Shown one piece after another: positions 9,007 to 17,446 of a stretch of 64,000 nt of DNA; within the stretch, counting starts at the first letter, position 1; the number at the start of each line of letters is the position of its first letter. The stretch lies in the NCBI GenBank assembly GCA_964195995.1, contig CAXMQS010000049.1:407-64406 (forward strand), given 5' to 3'. Below the pieces are notes generated by a model. The model worked only from the letters and a program-made list of their open reading frames with translations, was not told the DNA's origin and made no database searches. The translations under genes were made by a program, and so were the position numbers. Origin of the DNA: an uncultured Acidimicrobiia bacterium (lineage in GTDB: Bacteria; Actinomycetota; Acidimicrobiia; Spongiisociales; JAOTWH01).

Positions 9007-9916
9007 GGAGTGGGCCGACAAGGACTACTACTCGGTCCTTGGCGTCTCCCGCACGGCCAGCCCCAAGGAAATCAAGAAGGCCTTCCGCAAGCTGGCGCAG
9101 AAGCACCACCCCGACGCCAACCCCGAGAACGCAGCCGCTGAGGCCAAGTTCAAGGACATCAACGAGGCATACGAGGTCATCGGGGACACCGCGCAGCGCA
9201 AGGAGTACGACCAGTTCCGTGACTCCTTCGCCAGGGGCGAGTTCGTCGGTGGTCCCGGGGGTGGCGCTCAGTACGTCCGCATGGAGGACCTGGGGGACCT
9301 GTTCGGTGGAGCAGGTGGGGGCGGCGGCAACATAAACGACCTGCTGGGCTCGATGTTCGGCGGCGGTGGACCGCGCGCCACTGCTGGCCAGGACCTGTCC
9401 ACAGATGTCAGCCTGAGCTTCCACGAGGCCATCACCGGTGTCACCGAGGTGGTTTCGGTAAACGGCGTCAGCACCAAGGTCAAGATCCCCGCTGGTGTGG
9501 CAGATGGAGCCACAGTCAAGGTGAGGGGCAAGGGAGGACCTGGCTACAACGGTGGCCCTGCCGGGGACCTGTACGTTCGCGTCAAGGTCGCCGGGCACCC
9601 CATCTTCGGTCGCCGCGGCGCCGATCTCCAGGTGACAGTGCCCATCTCCTACACCGAAGCCACCCTCGGCGCCGAGATCGCCGTGCCGACTCTTGATGGC
9701 AGCGTCCGCCTGAAGATCCCCGCGGGGACGAGCACGGGCAAGACATTTCGCGTCAAGGGCAAGGGAGTGACCGCCAGTTCCCGCCAGGGCGACCTGCTGG
9801 TGAAGGTGGCGATCGAAGTGCCTCCGCAGCTCGATGACGACGAGAAGGAGCTCCTGGAGCAGCTCCGTCGCTACGAAGAGAAGCGCAACCCGCGCGGCCA
9901 CCTAGGAGTGACATGA
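8999..9916 (+). CDS. dnaJ: J-domain co-chaperone, DnaJ/CbpA-like, without the Cys-rich zinc-finger domain
   Basis: KDYYSVLGV...HHPD J-domain, a G/F-rich linker and C-terminal substrate-binding domains. The translation contains no cysteine. ATG 8999 preferred over TTG 8993. Confidence 0.88.
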   Translation: MRREWADKDYYSVLGVSRTASPKEIKKAFRKLAQKHHPDANPENAAAEAKFKDINEAYEVIGDTAQRKEYDQFRDSFARGEFVGGPGGGAQYVRMEDLGDLFGGAGGGGGNINDLLGSMFGGGGPRATAGQDLSTDVSLSFHEAITGVTEVVSVNGVSTKVKIPAGVADGATVKVRGKGGPGYNGGPAGDLYVRVKVAGHPIFGRRGADLQVTVPISYTEATLGAEIAVPTLDGSVRLKIPAGTSTGKTFRVKGKGVTASSRQGDLLVKVAIEVPPQLDDDEKELLEQLRRYEEKRNPRGHLGVT

Positions 9917-10308
9917 CAGAAGAAGCGCTCTACGTGATATCGGTAGCCGCCCGGCTTACCGGTGTTCATCCCCAGACCCTGCGGATCTACGAAAGCCGCG
10001 GGTTGCTCAGCCCGCATCGCACACCCGGCGGCACCCGCCGCTATTCCGACGAGGACATCCTGCGAATGAAGCTCATTCAGCAGCTCACCAGCGCCGGCGT
10101 CAACCTCGAGGGCGTCAAGCAGATCCTGCGATTGCGAGGAGAGGTCGATCGGCTCGATCATCAAGTCAAGCGGATGCGCCGCCTGCTGGCGGACGCCGAG
10201 ACGCGGGTGGCAGGCCTGAAGGGAGAGGCCACGAAGGCGGTCGAGGAGATGCGCCGCGACCTCCCGGACGTGGTCAGACCGTCCTTCGACCAGCTGCTGG
10301 AGGAGTAG
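9913..10308 (+). CDS. hspR: MerR-family heat-shock repressor HspR
   Basis: ORF track 131 aa. MerR-type HTH ([26 protein letters not shown]). ATGA overlap with the dnaJ stop. Classic operon position. Confidence 0.88.
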   Translation: MTEEALYVISVAARLTGVHPQTLRIYESRGLLSPHRTPGGTRRYSDEDILRMKLIQQLTSAGVNLEGVKQILRLRGEVDRLDHQVKRMRRLLADAETRVAGLKGEATKAVEEMRRDLPDVVRPSFDQLLEE

Positions 10309-10347
10309 GGCGACTCGAGCCCCCTCCGAGCGCACTAACTTCCAGCC

Positions 10348-10845
10348 ATGGAGCGAGAGATTCTCACCTGGGGGGGCTACGGAACAGCCGTCCGCGAGCT
10401 CGCCACCCAGATCGCCGATGACGGTTACCAGGCCGACATCATCCTCGGCATCGCCAGGGGCGGACTGATCCCGGCCGGTTCGCTCGGATACGCCCTCTCC
10501 ATCAAGAACACCTACGTCATGAACGTGGAGTACTACACCGGGGTGGAGGAGCGACTCGACGTCCCGGTGATCCTGCCTCCGTACCTCGAGCTTGTAGATC
10601 TCGAGGACTCCGACATCCTGATAGTCGATGACGTCGCGGACACCGGCCATACCTTGGCCAAGGTTCACGAGTTCGTCTCAGGCAAGGTGCGCGACGCCAG
10701 GACCGCAGTGCTCTACGAGAAGCCGCCGTCCCTCATCAAGAGCAGCTACGTGTGGCGCCGCACCGACAAGTGGATCAACTTCCCGTGGTCGACTGAAGAC
10801 CCGGTCGTGGCCCCCAAGACGGGAGCCCTGGTCAGCGAGGCTTAG
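10348..10845 (+). CDS. purine phosphoribosyltransferase (xanthine/guanine PRT-like)
   Basis: ORF track 165 aa with the PRPP-binding motif ILIVDDVADTGHT. Overall layout resembles Gpt. Confidence 0.8.
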   Translation: MEREILTWGGYGTAVRELATQIADDGYQADIILGIARGGLIPAGSLGYALSIKNTYVMNVEYYTGVEERLDVPVILPPYLELVDLEDSDILIVDDVADTGHTLAKVHEFVSGKVRDARTAVLYEKPPSLIKSSYVWRRTDKWINFPWSTEDPVVAPKTGALVSEA

Positions 10846-11123
10846 ATCCCTTTGGCAGCCTTCTTGAGCTTGGAGCCTGCCGAAACCTTGACGGCATGCG
10901 TGGCCGCTATGTCGAGCGCTTCGCCGGTGCGAGGGTTGCGACCCTTGCGAGCCTGGCGGAACGTGCGCTCGAATGAGAGCCAGCCGGGGATCGTGATCTT
11001 GTCGTCGCTGTGGGAAACGTGTCCGGCTACTACGTCGAACATGCCAGCGATCGTCTTGTCGACATCGGTCTTGGCTACGCCGGTTCGCTCCGCGATCGTG
11101 CTGACGAGGTCTTCTTTGTTCAT
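10842..11123 (-). CDS. hup: HU-family nucleoid-associated DNA-binding protein
   Basis: MNKEDLVSTIAERTGVAKTDVDKTIAGMFDVV...RKGRNPRTGEAL (93 aa). ATG 11123 with GGAGAA SD. The 214-aa track ORF is an artefactual 5' extension. Confidence 0.92.
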   Translation of the reverse strand: MNKEDLVSTIAERTGVAKTDVDKTIAGMFDVVAGHVSHSDDKITIPGWLSFERTFRQARKGRNPRTGEALDIAATHAVKVSAGSKLKKAAKGI

Positions 11124-11277
11124 GGTTTCTCCTAGGTAGCGGCGCCGTGCCGACTGCTGCGGTCCCCGCAAAGCTATACGACGAAAGGCCGATATTGGGG
11201 TCAATCGGCGCCACGGCCGTCCCCAGGGTGCTCGGCGGCGTGAATTCACCCCAGCGGTCGAGCGATAGGCTTTCCCA

Positions 11278-11511
11278 ATGACCCAGGGTCTCGAAACAGC
11301 TTTCCACGCGTCCAAAAAGACCATCGTGCTGCTGATCGTTCCGTCGGCTGCTGCCATCTGGCTTGGTTTGGCGGCCCTCGTGCGACACACGCCGCAGATG
11401 CTGACCATAGGCGCCATCGCCGTTGGCGTGGGGGTTGCCAGGTTGGCGTTGGCGACTTGGTGGTTCACATCGCTGTCCAAGATCAACGCCCGCCGCGACG
11501 ACGATCGTTGA
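11278..11511 (+). CDS. small hypothetical membrane protein (2 predicted TM helices)
   Basis: ORF track 77 aa with two hydrophobic helices. It fills an otherwise 390-bp gap. No family recognised. Confidence 0.4.
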   Translation: MTQGLETAFHASKKTIVLLIVPSAAAIWLGLAALVRHTPQMLTIGAIAVGVGVARLALATWWFTSLSKINARRDDDR

Positions 11512-11512
11512 G

Positions 11513-12331
11513 CTAGGTCTCGAACGCAGCGTCCCTGACAGCGGACCCCTCTGCGACCTCGCCGAAGAAGTCGTAGGTCCCATGGTCCAGGAACTCGGAC
11601 GCCGCCCGATTCAGCGCAGCCAATGCCGCCAGGGACAAGGCGCCGCCAACCGAGACTCTCGCCACGCCGAGCGCGGCCAGCTCGGAGACCGTCGGGCCAT
11701 CGGGACGGGCCAGGACGTTCAGCGGTAGGCCGACTGACTCGACGACCGTTTTGATCTCGGCCGGGTCAACGATCCACGGCGCGTAGAGCACATCAGCTCC
11801 GGCCTCTTGGAAGGCTTGCAGCCGAGCGATGGTGTCTGTCACATCGGGCCTGTCGTGTAGATAGTTCTCGGCGCGGGCGGTCAGAACGAGTCGGGCTTCT
11901 CCTCCGTGAGCGGCCTCGGCCGCGGCCTCGACGCGGGCCGTCGCCAACCCGATGTCATAGATGGGGTCGTCGCCATGGCGGCTGAAGTCCTCGATCGAGA
12001 GTCCGGCAATTCCGGTCTCCGCAGCCAGCCGAACGTTGGCCGCGACGACTTCCGGTTCTGCGCCGAAGCCGTTCTCGAAGTCTGCGCTCACCGGCAGCTC
12101 CGTGGCGCCGGCGATGAGGGCGGAGTGCTCCAGGGCTTCGTCCCGGCTCACGCCTCCATCGAGTCGGCCGAGGGTGGCGGCATGACCGGCGCTCGTCGTC
12201 GCAAGGGCCTTGAAGCCGAGGTGGGCAAGGAGCTTGGCTGAACCAACGTCCCAGGGGTTGGGAAGCAGCAATGGCTCATCGCCGTGGTGCAGGTCCAGGA
12301 AGAGTCGACAGCGGTCGGCCTGATCGGTCAT
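11513..12331 (-). CDS. isocitrate lyase/PEP mutase family protein (2-methylisocitrate-lyase-like)
   Basis: ORF track 272 aa. LLLPNPWDVGSAKLL...ATTSAG...SIEDF pattern of the PEP-mutase/ICL superfamily. Confidence 0.8.
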   Translation of the reverse strand: MTDQADRCRLFLDLHHGDEPLLLPNPWDVGSAKLLAHLGFKALATTSAGHAATLGRLDGGVSRDEALEHSALIAGATELPVSADFENGFGAEPEVVAANVRLAAETGIAGLSIEDFSRHGDDPIYDIGLATARVEAAAEAAHGGEARLVLTARAENYLHDRPDVTDTIARLQAFQEAGADVLYAPWIVDPAEIKTVVESVGLPLNVLARPDGPTVSELAALGVARVSVGGALSLAALAALNRAASEFLDHGTYDFFGEVAEGSAVRDAAFET

Positions 12332-12548
12332 ATGCGAACCCTAGAGGACGTCTGCTGCCAGAAATACATCAAGGCCCAAGGAACCTGACATTCCCCTCCC
12401 CGCACTTCCCCGAACGAGGGTGGTCTGCCTTAGGCACCTTGGGCCTTGCTGCGAAGCCGAAGATATTGCACTCGCCGGTGGCCAGTCAAGGACCCTCCGA
12501 GGTCGCGCTTTCGCGGTCAGGGCCGCCTCGCGAAACCGTTGCTGACGT

Positions 12549-12643
12549 CAGTCCACACGGTTGCGGCTAGTTGGGCAGATCGGTCCACATACCCACACCT
12601 ATCCACAGGCCCTTATCCACAGGGGCTGTCGATATGTGGATTT
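12549..12643. promoter_or_regulatory. cluster of five DnaA-box-like 9-mers
   Basis: CAGTCCACA 12549-57, CGGTCCACA 12581-89, CTATCCACA 12599-607, TTATCCACA 12613-21 (perfect E. coli-type box) and TGTGGATTT 12635-43 (inverted). All sit within about 95 bp of intergenic DNA. Confidence 0.5.
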
Positions 12644-13075
12644 TCAGGACTTCTTTTCGCGCTCCGACGCGAAACCGGCACGGATCAATGAACCGAACGA
12701 CAGCTCGACCGCTTCGTAGACCGCGCCGAGGATGGCATCGAGCTCTGCGCCGTCGATCGAAGCCAGCGGCGCCCTCCCCCGGACGTAGACGCCTCCCTCG
12801 GGATCGAGAGCGAAGTGCACCCGCCAACCTCGCTGGTTCCTGAGGAGGCACTGGCGATAGACCTCCTCGCGATCGTGGGGAGGCGGCGGAACGACGTACG
12901 CCTCGTAGCCGAGCGTGCGATCTCCGATGTCGAACCACACCGTGGTGAAGTCGCGAACCTGCTGTCGCATGCGCACCCCCCAGCGCCCTTCATGCTCGCC
13001 ACCCCACTCGACGTCTGAGCTCGGGTCTTCGATCCAAGATGTGGTGGTCTGTTCGAGAAGCTGCCGAACGCTCAC
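12644..13075 (-). CDS. YbjN-like (putative sensory-transduction regulator/chaperone-like) domain protein
   Basis: C-terminal 143 aa of track ORF 12644..13282. Start is GTG 13075, giving a GTGA overlap with the asparaginase stop. The YbjN-like assignment is from memory of the sequence pattern. Confidence 0.55.
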   Translation of the reverse strand: MSVRQLLEQTTTSWIEDPSSDVEWGGEHEGRWGVRMRQQVRDFTTVWFDIGDRTLGYEAYVVPPPPHDREEVYRQCLLRNQRGWRVHFALDPEGGVYVRGRAPLASIDGAELDAILGAVYEAVELSFGSLIRAGFASEREKKS

Positions 13076-13974
13076 GACAGGCCGGACTCGTAGCGCCCCA
13101 CCGGACCGCCACCGCCGTACACGGTCGGATAGCGCTGCTCGACAAGGGCGCGGTCCATGGCCGAGGTCAGCATGCCGACACGGGCCAGGCCCTCGATGGC
13201 AGCGATCTCGGCTGGGGCGTTCAACCCATCGGTGGACTTGGCGGCGATGCCGTACTGGCCGATAACGGCGACGCCGAGACATCCCTTGGCCCCGCTCTTC
13301 ACGGCGGCATTGGCCGCAACGGCGATGGCGGCCTCAGCTCTGTCGGTTCCCGCCGTCAGACAGGGGTAGCGGTGCATGGCGGTGGCAACCGCCGCCAGCT
13401 CGGGGTCCGTCGCCAGCCGGGCGAAGGCACGGCCCAGCCCTGCAGTCGTTGTTCGCAGCGTCGGGACCCCACAGCCGTCGACGCCGCTTGGCATCGGATC
13501 GACTCCGGTGACCTCGCCCACGAAGCTGTAGATCTGCTCCTGTAGAGGGTGGTCGGCACGGGTGTAGTCGAGCGGCCAGCCTGAGGAAACGCAGGCCCGC
13601 AACATGGCGGCGTGTTTCCCTGAGCAGTTGTGATAGGCGCGCCGCTTCTCCGTGACCCGTCGTGCCGCGGCGGCGCCCATCGGCCAGTCCGGTGGGCACA
13701 GGAGATCTGTTGAGCTCAGGTCGACTTCCGCCAGCATCGCTTCGACCAAGGCAAGGTGCACCGGCTCGCCGTTGTGGCTGGAGCAGGCCACAGCCAGCTG
13801 ACGCGGTGACAGGTTGGCTCCGTTGGCCTGGGAAACGGCGGCTTGGAACGGCTTGGCCGCCGAGCGGAGATAGAACGGCTCCGCGGGGTCACCCCACCCC
13901 TGCACGATGGTTCCCTGTGGGTCAACTACGACAGCGTGTCCGGTGTGAACGGACTCAACCATCCCGGAGCGCAT
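13072..13974 (-). CDS. asparaginase (Asparaginase_II family)
   Basis: ORF track 300 aa. VESVHTGHAVVVD...RSAAKPFQA...CSSHNGEP pattern. Confidence 0.85.
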   Translation of the reverse strand: MRSGMVESVHTGHAVVVDPQGTIVQGWGDPAEPFYLRSAAKPFQAAVSQANGANLSPRQLAVACSSHNGEPVHLALVEAMLAEVDLSSTDLLCPPDWPMGAAAARRVTEKRRAYHNCSGKHAAMLRACVSSGWPLDYTRADHPLQEQIYSFVGEVTGVDPMPSGVDGCGVPTLRTTTAGLGRAFARLATDPELAAVATAMHRYPCLTAGTDRAEAAIAVAANAAVKSGAKGCLGVAVIGQYGIAAKSTDGLNAPAEIAAIEGLARVGMLTSAMDRALVEQRYPTVYGGGGPVGRYESGLS

Positions 13975-13993
13975 GCTCCGGGCGAGGACGGCC

Positions 13994-14536
13994 TCAGACC
14001 CCAGAGATCAGCTCGCTCGGATCGGCAAGGCCCTCGCGGTATCGACGGGCCAGCTCGGCCTGCAGCTTGTCGTAGTTCTCGAAGACCACGCGACGGTCGT
14101 CAGAGAGGAGTTGTTCAGCCCGGGCCAGGTCGCGTCGGATTTCCTCTAGCTCGGTGTCGTCGAAGTCTCCGATGTGGCTGACGAAGTCGTCGCCCATGAC
14201 CCTGTCAAGATCCCTCCTCCCGACGTCGGGAAGGTCTGGGAGCTCTACGCCCATCGGACGGGCGCCGGGATTGGGGTCCCCGTGAGGCCCAGACAGGATC
14301 TCGGGCAGAGCATCGATCAGGCTGCGTTCTTCTTCGCCGTTGCGACGACGCAGCTCGAACGAGAGCAAATCGAGGCGCCCATGCAGCATCCGTCTGTAGT
14401 AGGCGTACTCCTTATCGAGGCTGTCGCACATGGAGCGCTTGGAGCGCAGATCTTCGATCGGCATCGTCTCGAGGTCGCTCATGAAGTTGGCGTCCTTGAT
14501 CTGGTCGATGCGCCGCGCGGGATGTTTCTCTGTCAT
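13994..14536 (-). CDS. RsiG-like protein (candidate c-di-GMP-dependent anti-sigma factor family)
   Basis: ORF track 180 aa. Two long helices resemble the RsiG repeats: ...DKEYAYYRRMLHGRLDLLSFELRRR... and ...EQLLSDDRRVVFENYDKLQAELARR... Homology is from memory, not from a search. Confidence 0.55.
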   Translation of the reverse strand: MTEKHPARRIDQIKDANFMSDLETMPIEDLRSKRSMCDSLDKEYAYYRRMLHGRLDLLSFELRRRNGEEERSLIDALPEILSGPHGDPNPGARPMGVELPDLPDVGRRDLDRVMGDDFVSHIGDFDDTELEEIRRDLARAEQLLSDDRRVVFENYDKLQAELARRYREGLADPSELISGV

Positions 14537-14545
14537 GGTGCCTTT

Positions 14546-15637
14546 CTAGCGACACACGGCGGCATTGGCGGGATACGGATTGACCGCGGACCCTCCGCCG
14601 GGATGGATCTGGAAGTGAAGGTGAGGGCTTCCCCCTCTGGCGTTGCCCGAATCCCCGAGGTAGCCAACGACCTGCCCAACGCCAACGCGGTCGCCGGTTT
14701 CCAGGCCATTGGGCCAACCGTCGAGATGGGCGTAGTAGAAGTTGGCGCCGTAGTCGGAGTTCAGCCAGACGCTGATGCCACCGAGGCCGCTGTTGGCTAG
14801 ACGAACCGTCCCGTTGGCTACGGCGAGCAGGTTGGTGCCTCGCGAGTTGAACATGTCGTTGCCCTTGTGGCGGCGGCCGCCGGAGCGAGGAAAGCCCCAG
14901 TCGTTGATGAAGCTGGCGCCACCCTGCACAGGGCAGATGAATCCGGGAAGTGCATTGATGGAGACGCCGGCGGCAGCGCCAGATAGGCGAGCGAGCTCCG
15001 CGAGGCGCTGCCGGCGACGCTCGTCCTCGAGGGCCTTCAGGGCGATTCGGTATTCGGTGTCGGCCTCTTTCACCTCGGCGTCGGCCGCGGCGTACAGATC
15101 GTCGAGGCGGGAGACGAGACCTTCGGCCGTTGCCCGAAGCTCGGCAACGCGCTCCTGATCGACCACCAGAGTCTCTCGCAGCCGCTCCATCTCTCGCTGC
15201 GTCGCCTGTAGCTGGTCGGACACCGCGATATCACGGGAGGCAGCCCGATCAAGCACCTCCTGGCTGGTGATGAGGTCGTTGAAGGAATCGACCTCAAAAA
15301 GGAAGTCGAGCACTCCGGTGCCCCCGTTCATGTAGGCCTGGCGGGCCCTGTCCTGCGATAGCTCCTTAAGGACACGAGCCTCGGCCTCGTAAGACTCGAC
15401 GCGGTCGTAAAGCTGGGTGACCTTGTAGGTCAGCTCGGCGAGCTCGGCGGTGACCGTCTGGTATTCCTGGACGGCGAGGTCGAGCTCGCTGAGCACGAAG
15501 GTGCGCTCGGATCTGGCAGAGTCCAGGGCGCGTCGAGTCTCATCGACCTGCGCCTGTGTCTGCGCCAGCACTCCGGGCGTCGCGAAGAGCACTGAGAGGA
15601 GCAGAATGAGGCTGAGCGCGCGGATGCGTCGTTTCAT
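14546..15637 (-). CDS. secreted M23-family metallopeptidase with N-terminal coiled coil
   Basis: Start is ATG 15637 (MKRRIRALSLILLLSVLFATPGVLAQ, a signal peptide). Long coiled coil, then C-terminal M23 motifs HKGNDM...GDSGNARGGSPHLHFQI. The track ORF's 5' extension overlaps the upstream gene. Confidence 0.85.
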   Translation of the reverse strand: MKRRIRALSLILLLSVLFATPGVLAQTQAQVDETRRALDSARSERTFVLSELDLAVQEYQTVTAELAELTYKVTQLYDRVESYEAEARVLKELSQDRARQAYMNGGTGVLDFLFEVDSFNDLITSQEVLDRAASRDIAVSDQLQATQREMERLRETLVVDQERVAELRATAEGLVSRLDDLYAAADAEVKEADTEYRIALKALEDERRRQRLAELARLSGAAAGVSINALPGFICPVQGGASFINDWGFPRSGGRRHKGNDMFNSRGTNLLAVANGTVRLANSGLGGISVWLNSDYGANFYYAHLDGWPNGLETGDRVGVGQVVGYLGDSGNARGGSPHLHFQIHPGGGSAVNPYPANAAVCR

Positions 15638-15726
15638 GCCAGAGACGCAGGGTACAGGGTGCCTGATTAGACCGAAAGCCACCCAACGGATATCGGAAAC
15701 GCCAGCGAAAGCCTTAGGCGGTACCC

Positions 15727-16521
15727 CTAGGCGGTAAGCGTCACCATGGCGAGCCAGAAGATCCCAGCAGCCAGCAGCGGGCCATCCATGAGGCTCAAAG
15801 CACCGGGGGACTCCTCGGTGAGGCTGATGGAACCGCGGCGCAGCAGAGACCCGGCCGTCTGACCCGCCACCAAACCGCCGGCTGCCGCCACCGAGGCCAC
15901 GAAGACGGGAGACAGCTCGATCGAGGAGGTCAGACCAGCAAGTAGCCCAACCGCGGCGGCGGCAACGAGGACGGCGATATTGGGGTCGAAGAGCGCAAAC
16001 CGAACTTGAAGCCACCTCGCCACCAAGCTGGCAACGAGAGCGGCCGCCACCACGGCCAGGAAGACGTTGACCTCGATGTCCCAGCGCATGCGCAGCAAGG
16101 TGAGAGCACCGGCCCCGGTGGACCCGACGATGATGGCAAGACCGGTCGCCGCCAGGTCATCGAGCGTTCGGTGCTTCTTCTCGAAGATGGTGAATGCCAG
16201 GACCAGGGCGAGGCCGCCAACGGTGGCCACAGCGAAGCCCTCGAAACCCCATCGATAGGCGCCCCAGGCGCTAGCGACTGGCGCCAAGACGACGGGCAAC
16301 GCATTGATGGAGACGTTGGCGTTTGCCGAGTTCTCGGTGAGATCCCAAGCCCACAACGCGACCACCCCGACCACGACGACAACGAATGCTCGCAAGCCGC
16401 TGACGTTGCCGACGAACAGGGCCACCAGCAGCATGGTGGTGAGGACCGACTGCAGCGTTACCGGGCTATCGAGCGACAACAGTGCCTGGCGCGAGTCGTC
16501 TGTGAACTCTGGCTGAGTCAT
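15727..16521 (-). CDS. hypothetical integral membrane protein (about 7 TM)
   Basis: ORF track 264 aa, hydrophobic throughout. ATGA overlap with the MaoC-like gene stop. Confidence 0.6.
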   Translation of the reverse strand: MTQPEFTDDSRQALLSLDSPVTLQSVLTTMLLVALFVGNVSGLRAFVVVVVGVVALWAWDLTENSANANVSINALPVVLAPVASAWGAYRWGFEGFAVATVGGLALVLAFTIFEKKHRTLDDLAATGLAIIVGSTGAGALTLLRMRWDIEVNVFLAVVAAALVASLVARWLQVRFALFDPNIAVLVAAAAVGLLAGLTSSIELSPVFVASVAAAGGLVAGQTAGSLLRRGSISLTEESPGALSLMDGPLLAAGIFWLAMVTLTA

Positions 16522-17351
16522 CTGATATCCATTGCTCCCGACATGACGATGGCACCGTCAGGACGGCTCGTCTCGAAAAGATAGGTACCCGCGTCGTCTG
16601 ACTCCCACACCGTGGTCTCCAGGTCTAACCCGGGGAAGACCATATCGGTGAAACGGACTCGAAGTCCGGTGACTCCGGCCAGGTCTCCCCCGGCCAACTG
16701 CTCAACCAGACCCCCGGCCACCAGCGACAGCGTCCCCAGACCGTGGTTGATGACACCGGGAAGGCCGACGGCGGTGGCGACGTCATTGTTGAGGTGGACG
16801 GGATTGTGGTCGCCGGAGGCTTCGGCGTAAGCGGTTGGCATGTCGACATCGACCTGCGAGGTGTAGTTGACCCTCTCGGTCGTCTTCTGCGGCGCGAGCT
16901 TCGGAGTCGACTTGGCGCGCTCGGCACCACTGCCGGCACCTCTCACGAAGATCGTCGCAAGTGCCTCGAGGACCGGTGATCCGTCTGGCCGAGTGGCGGT
17001 GGTCTTGGAGACGAAGGTGGCACCCTTGCCCTTGTCCTCGACGCTCTCGAGCATCGGCGTGATCACCAGCTTGTCACCGGCGCGGATGACGTCGTGGTAG
17101 CGGAACTCCTGCTCGCCGTGAAGGATCATCAGGGGGTTATCGACGCCAAGCTCGGGGTCGGAGCCAACCCGTCCCATCGCCTCCCACCCGGGGACGACAC
17201 CGAAGATCAGAGAAGCCACCTGGTCGGGCCCCGGCTGATGACGTGGGTTGGGGTCGCCGGAGGCGTCGGCGTACGCAGCGATCTGCTCCGCCGTGATCGT
17301 GACCTCGGTGGACTCATAGACCTTGCCCGCAAGGTCGAAATTCAGCGCCAA
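16518..17351 (-). CDS. double hot-dog MaoC-like (R)-hydratase/dehydratase
   Basis: ORF track 277 aa. N-terminal and C-terminal hot-dog halves, each carrying DxNPxH-type motifs (SGDPNPRH, SGDHNPVHL). Confidence 0.8.
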   Translation of the reverse strand: MALNFDLAGKVYESTEVTITAEQIAAYADASGDPNPRHQPGPDQVASLIFGVVPGWEAMGRVGSDPELGVDNPLMILHGEQEFRYHDVIRAGDKLVITPMLESVEDKGKGATFVSKTTATRPDGSPVLEALATIFVRGAGSGAERAKSTPKLAPQKTTERVNYTSQVDVDMPTAYAEASGDHNPVHLNNDVATAVGLPGVINHGLGTLSLVAGGLVEQLAGGDLAGVTGLRVRFTDMVFPGLDLETTVWESDDAGTYLFETSRPDGAIVMSGAMDIR

Positions 17352-17446
17352 CTCGGTTTCCTCCGCGGTCTTCTCCGCTCCGGAGGCGAGGTTAGCGACG
17401 GTGCGTGGTGGTACGCCATTGGCCGGGTTCGCCTAACCTCGACTCA

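Noticed and set aside
10678-11583. The 301-aa and 214-aa minus-strand ORFs spanning the HU region.
   Set aside because: Only the last 93 codons (from ATG 11123, with an SD) are HU. The remainder is unsupported extension or an alternative frame.
12332-12643. That the DnaA-box cluster marks the chromosomal replication origin (oriC).
   Set aside because: No dnaA, dnaN, rpmH or parAB context is present. There are only about five boxes, and I see no clear AT-rich unwinding element beyond the gene's 3' end. I kept it as a DnaA-box cluster of unknown role instead.
15638-15726. Possible ydaO-type (c-di-AMP) riboswitch upstream of the cell-wall hydrolase genes: the M23 peptidase leader, and also the L,D-transpeptidase leader at 28794-28920.
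   Set aside because: The leaders are short (89 and 127 nt), and I could not find the conserved pseudo-two-fold ydaO sequence blocks. There is no support beyond gene context.
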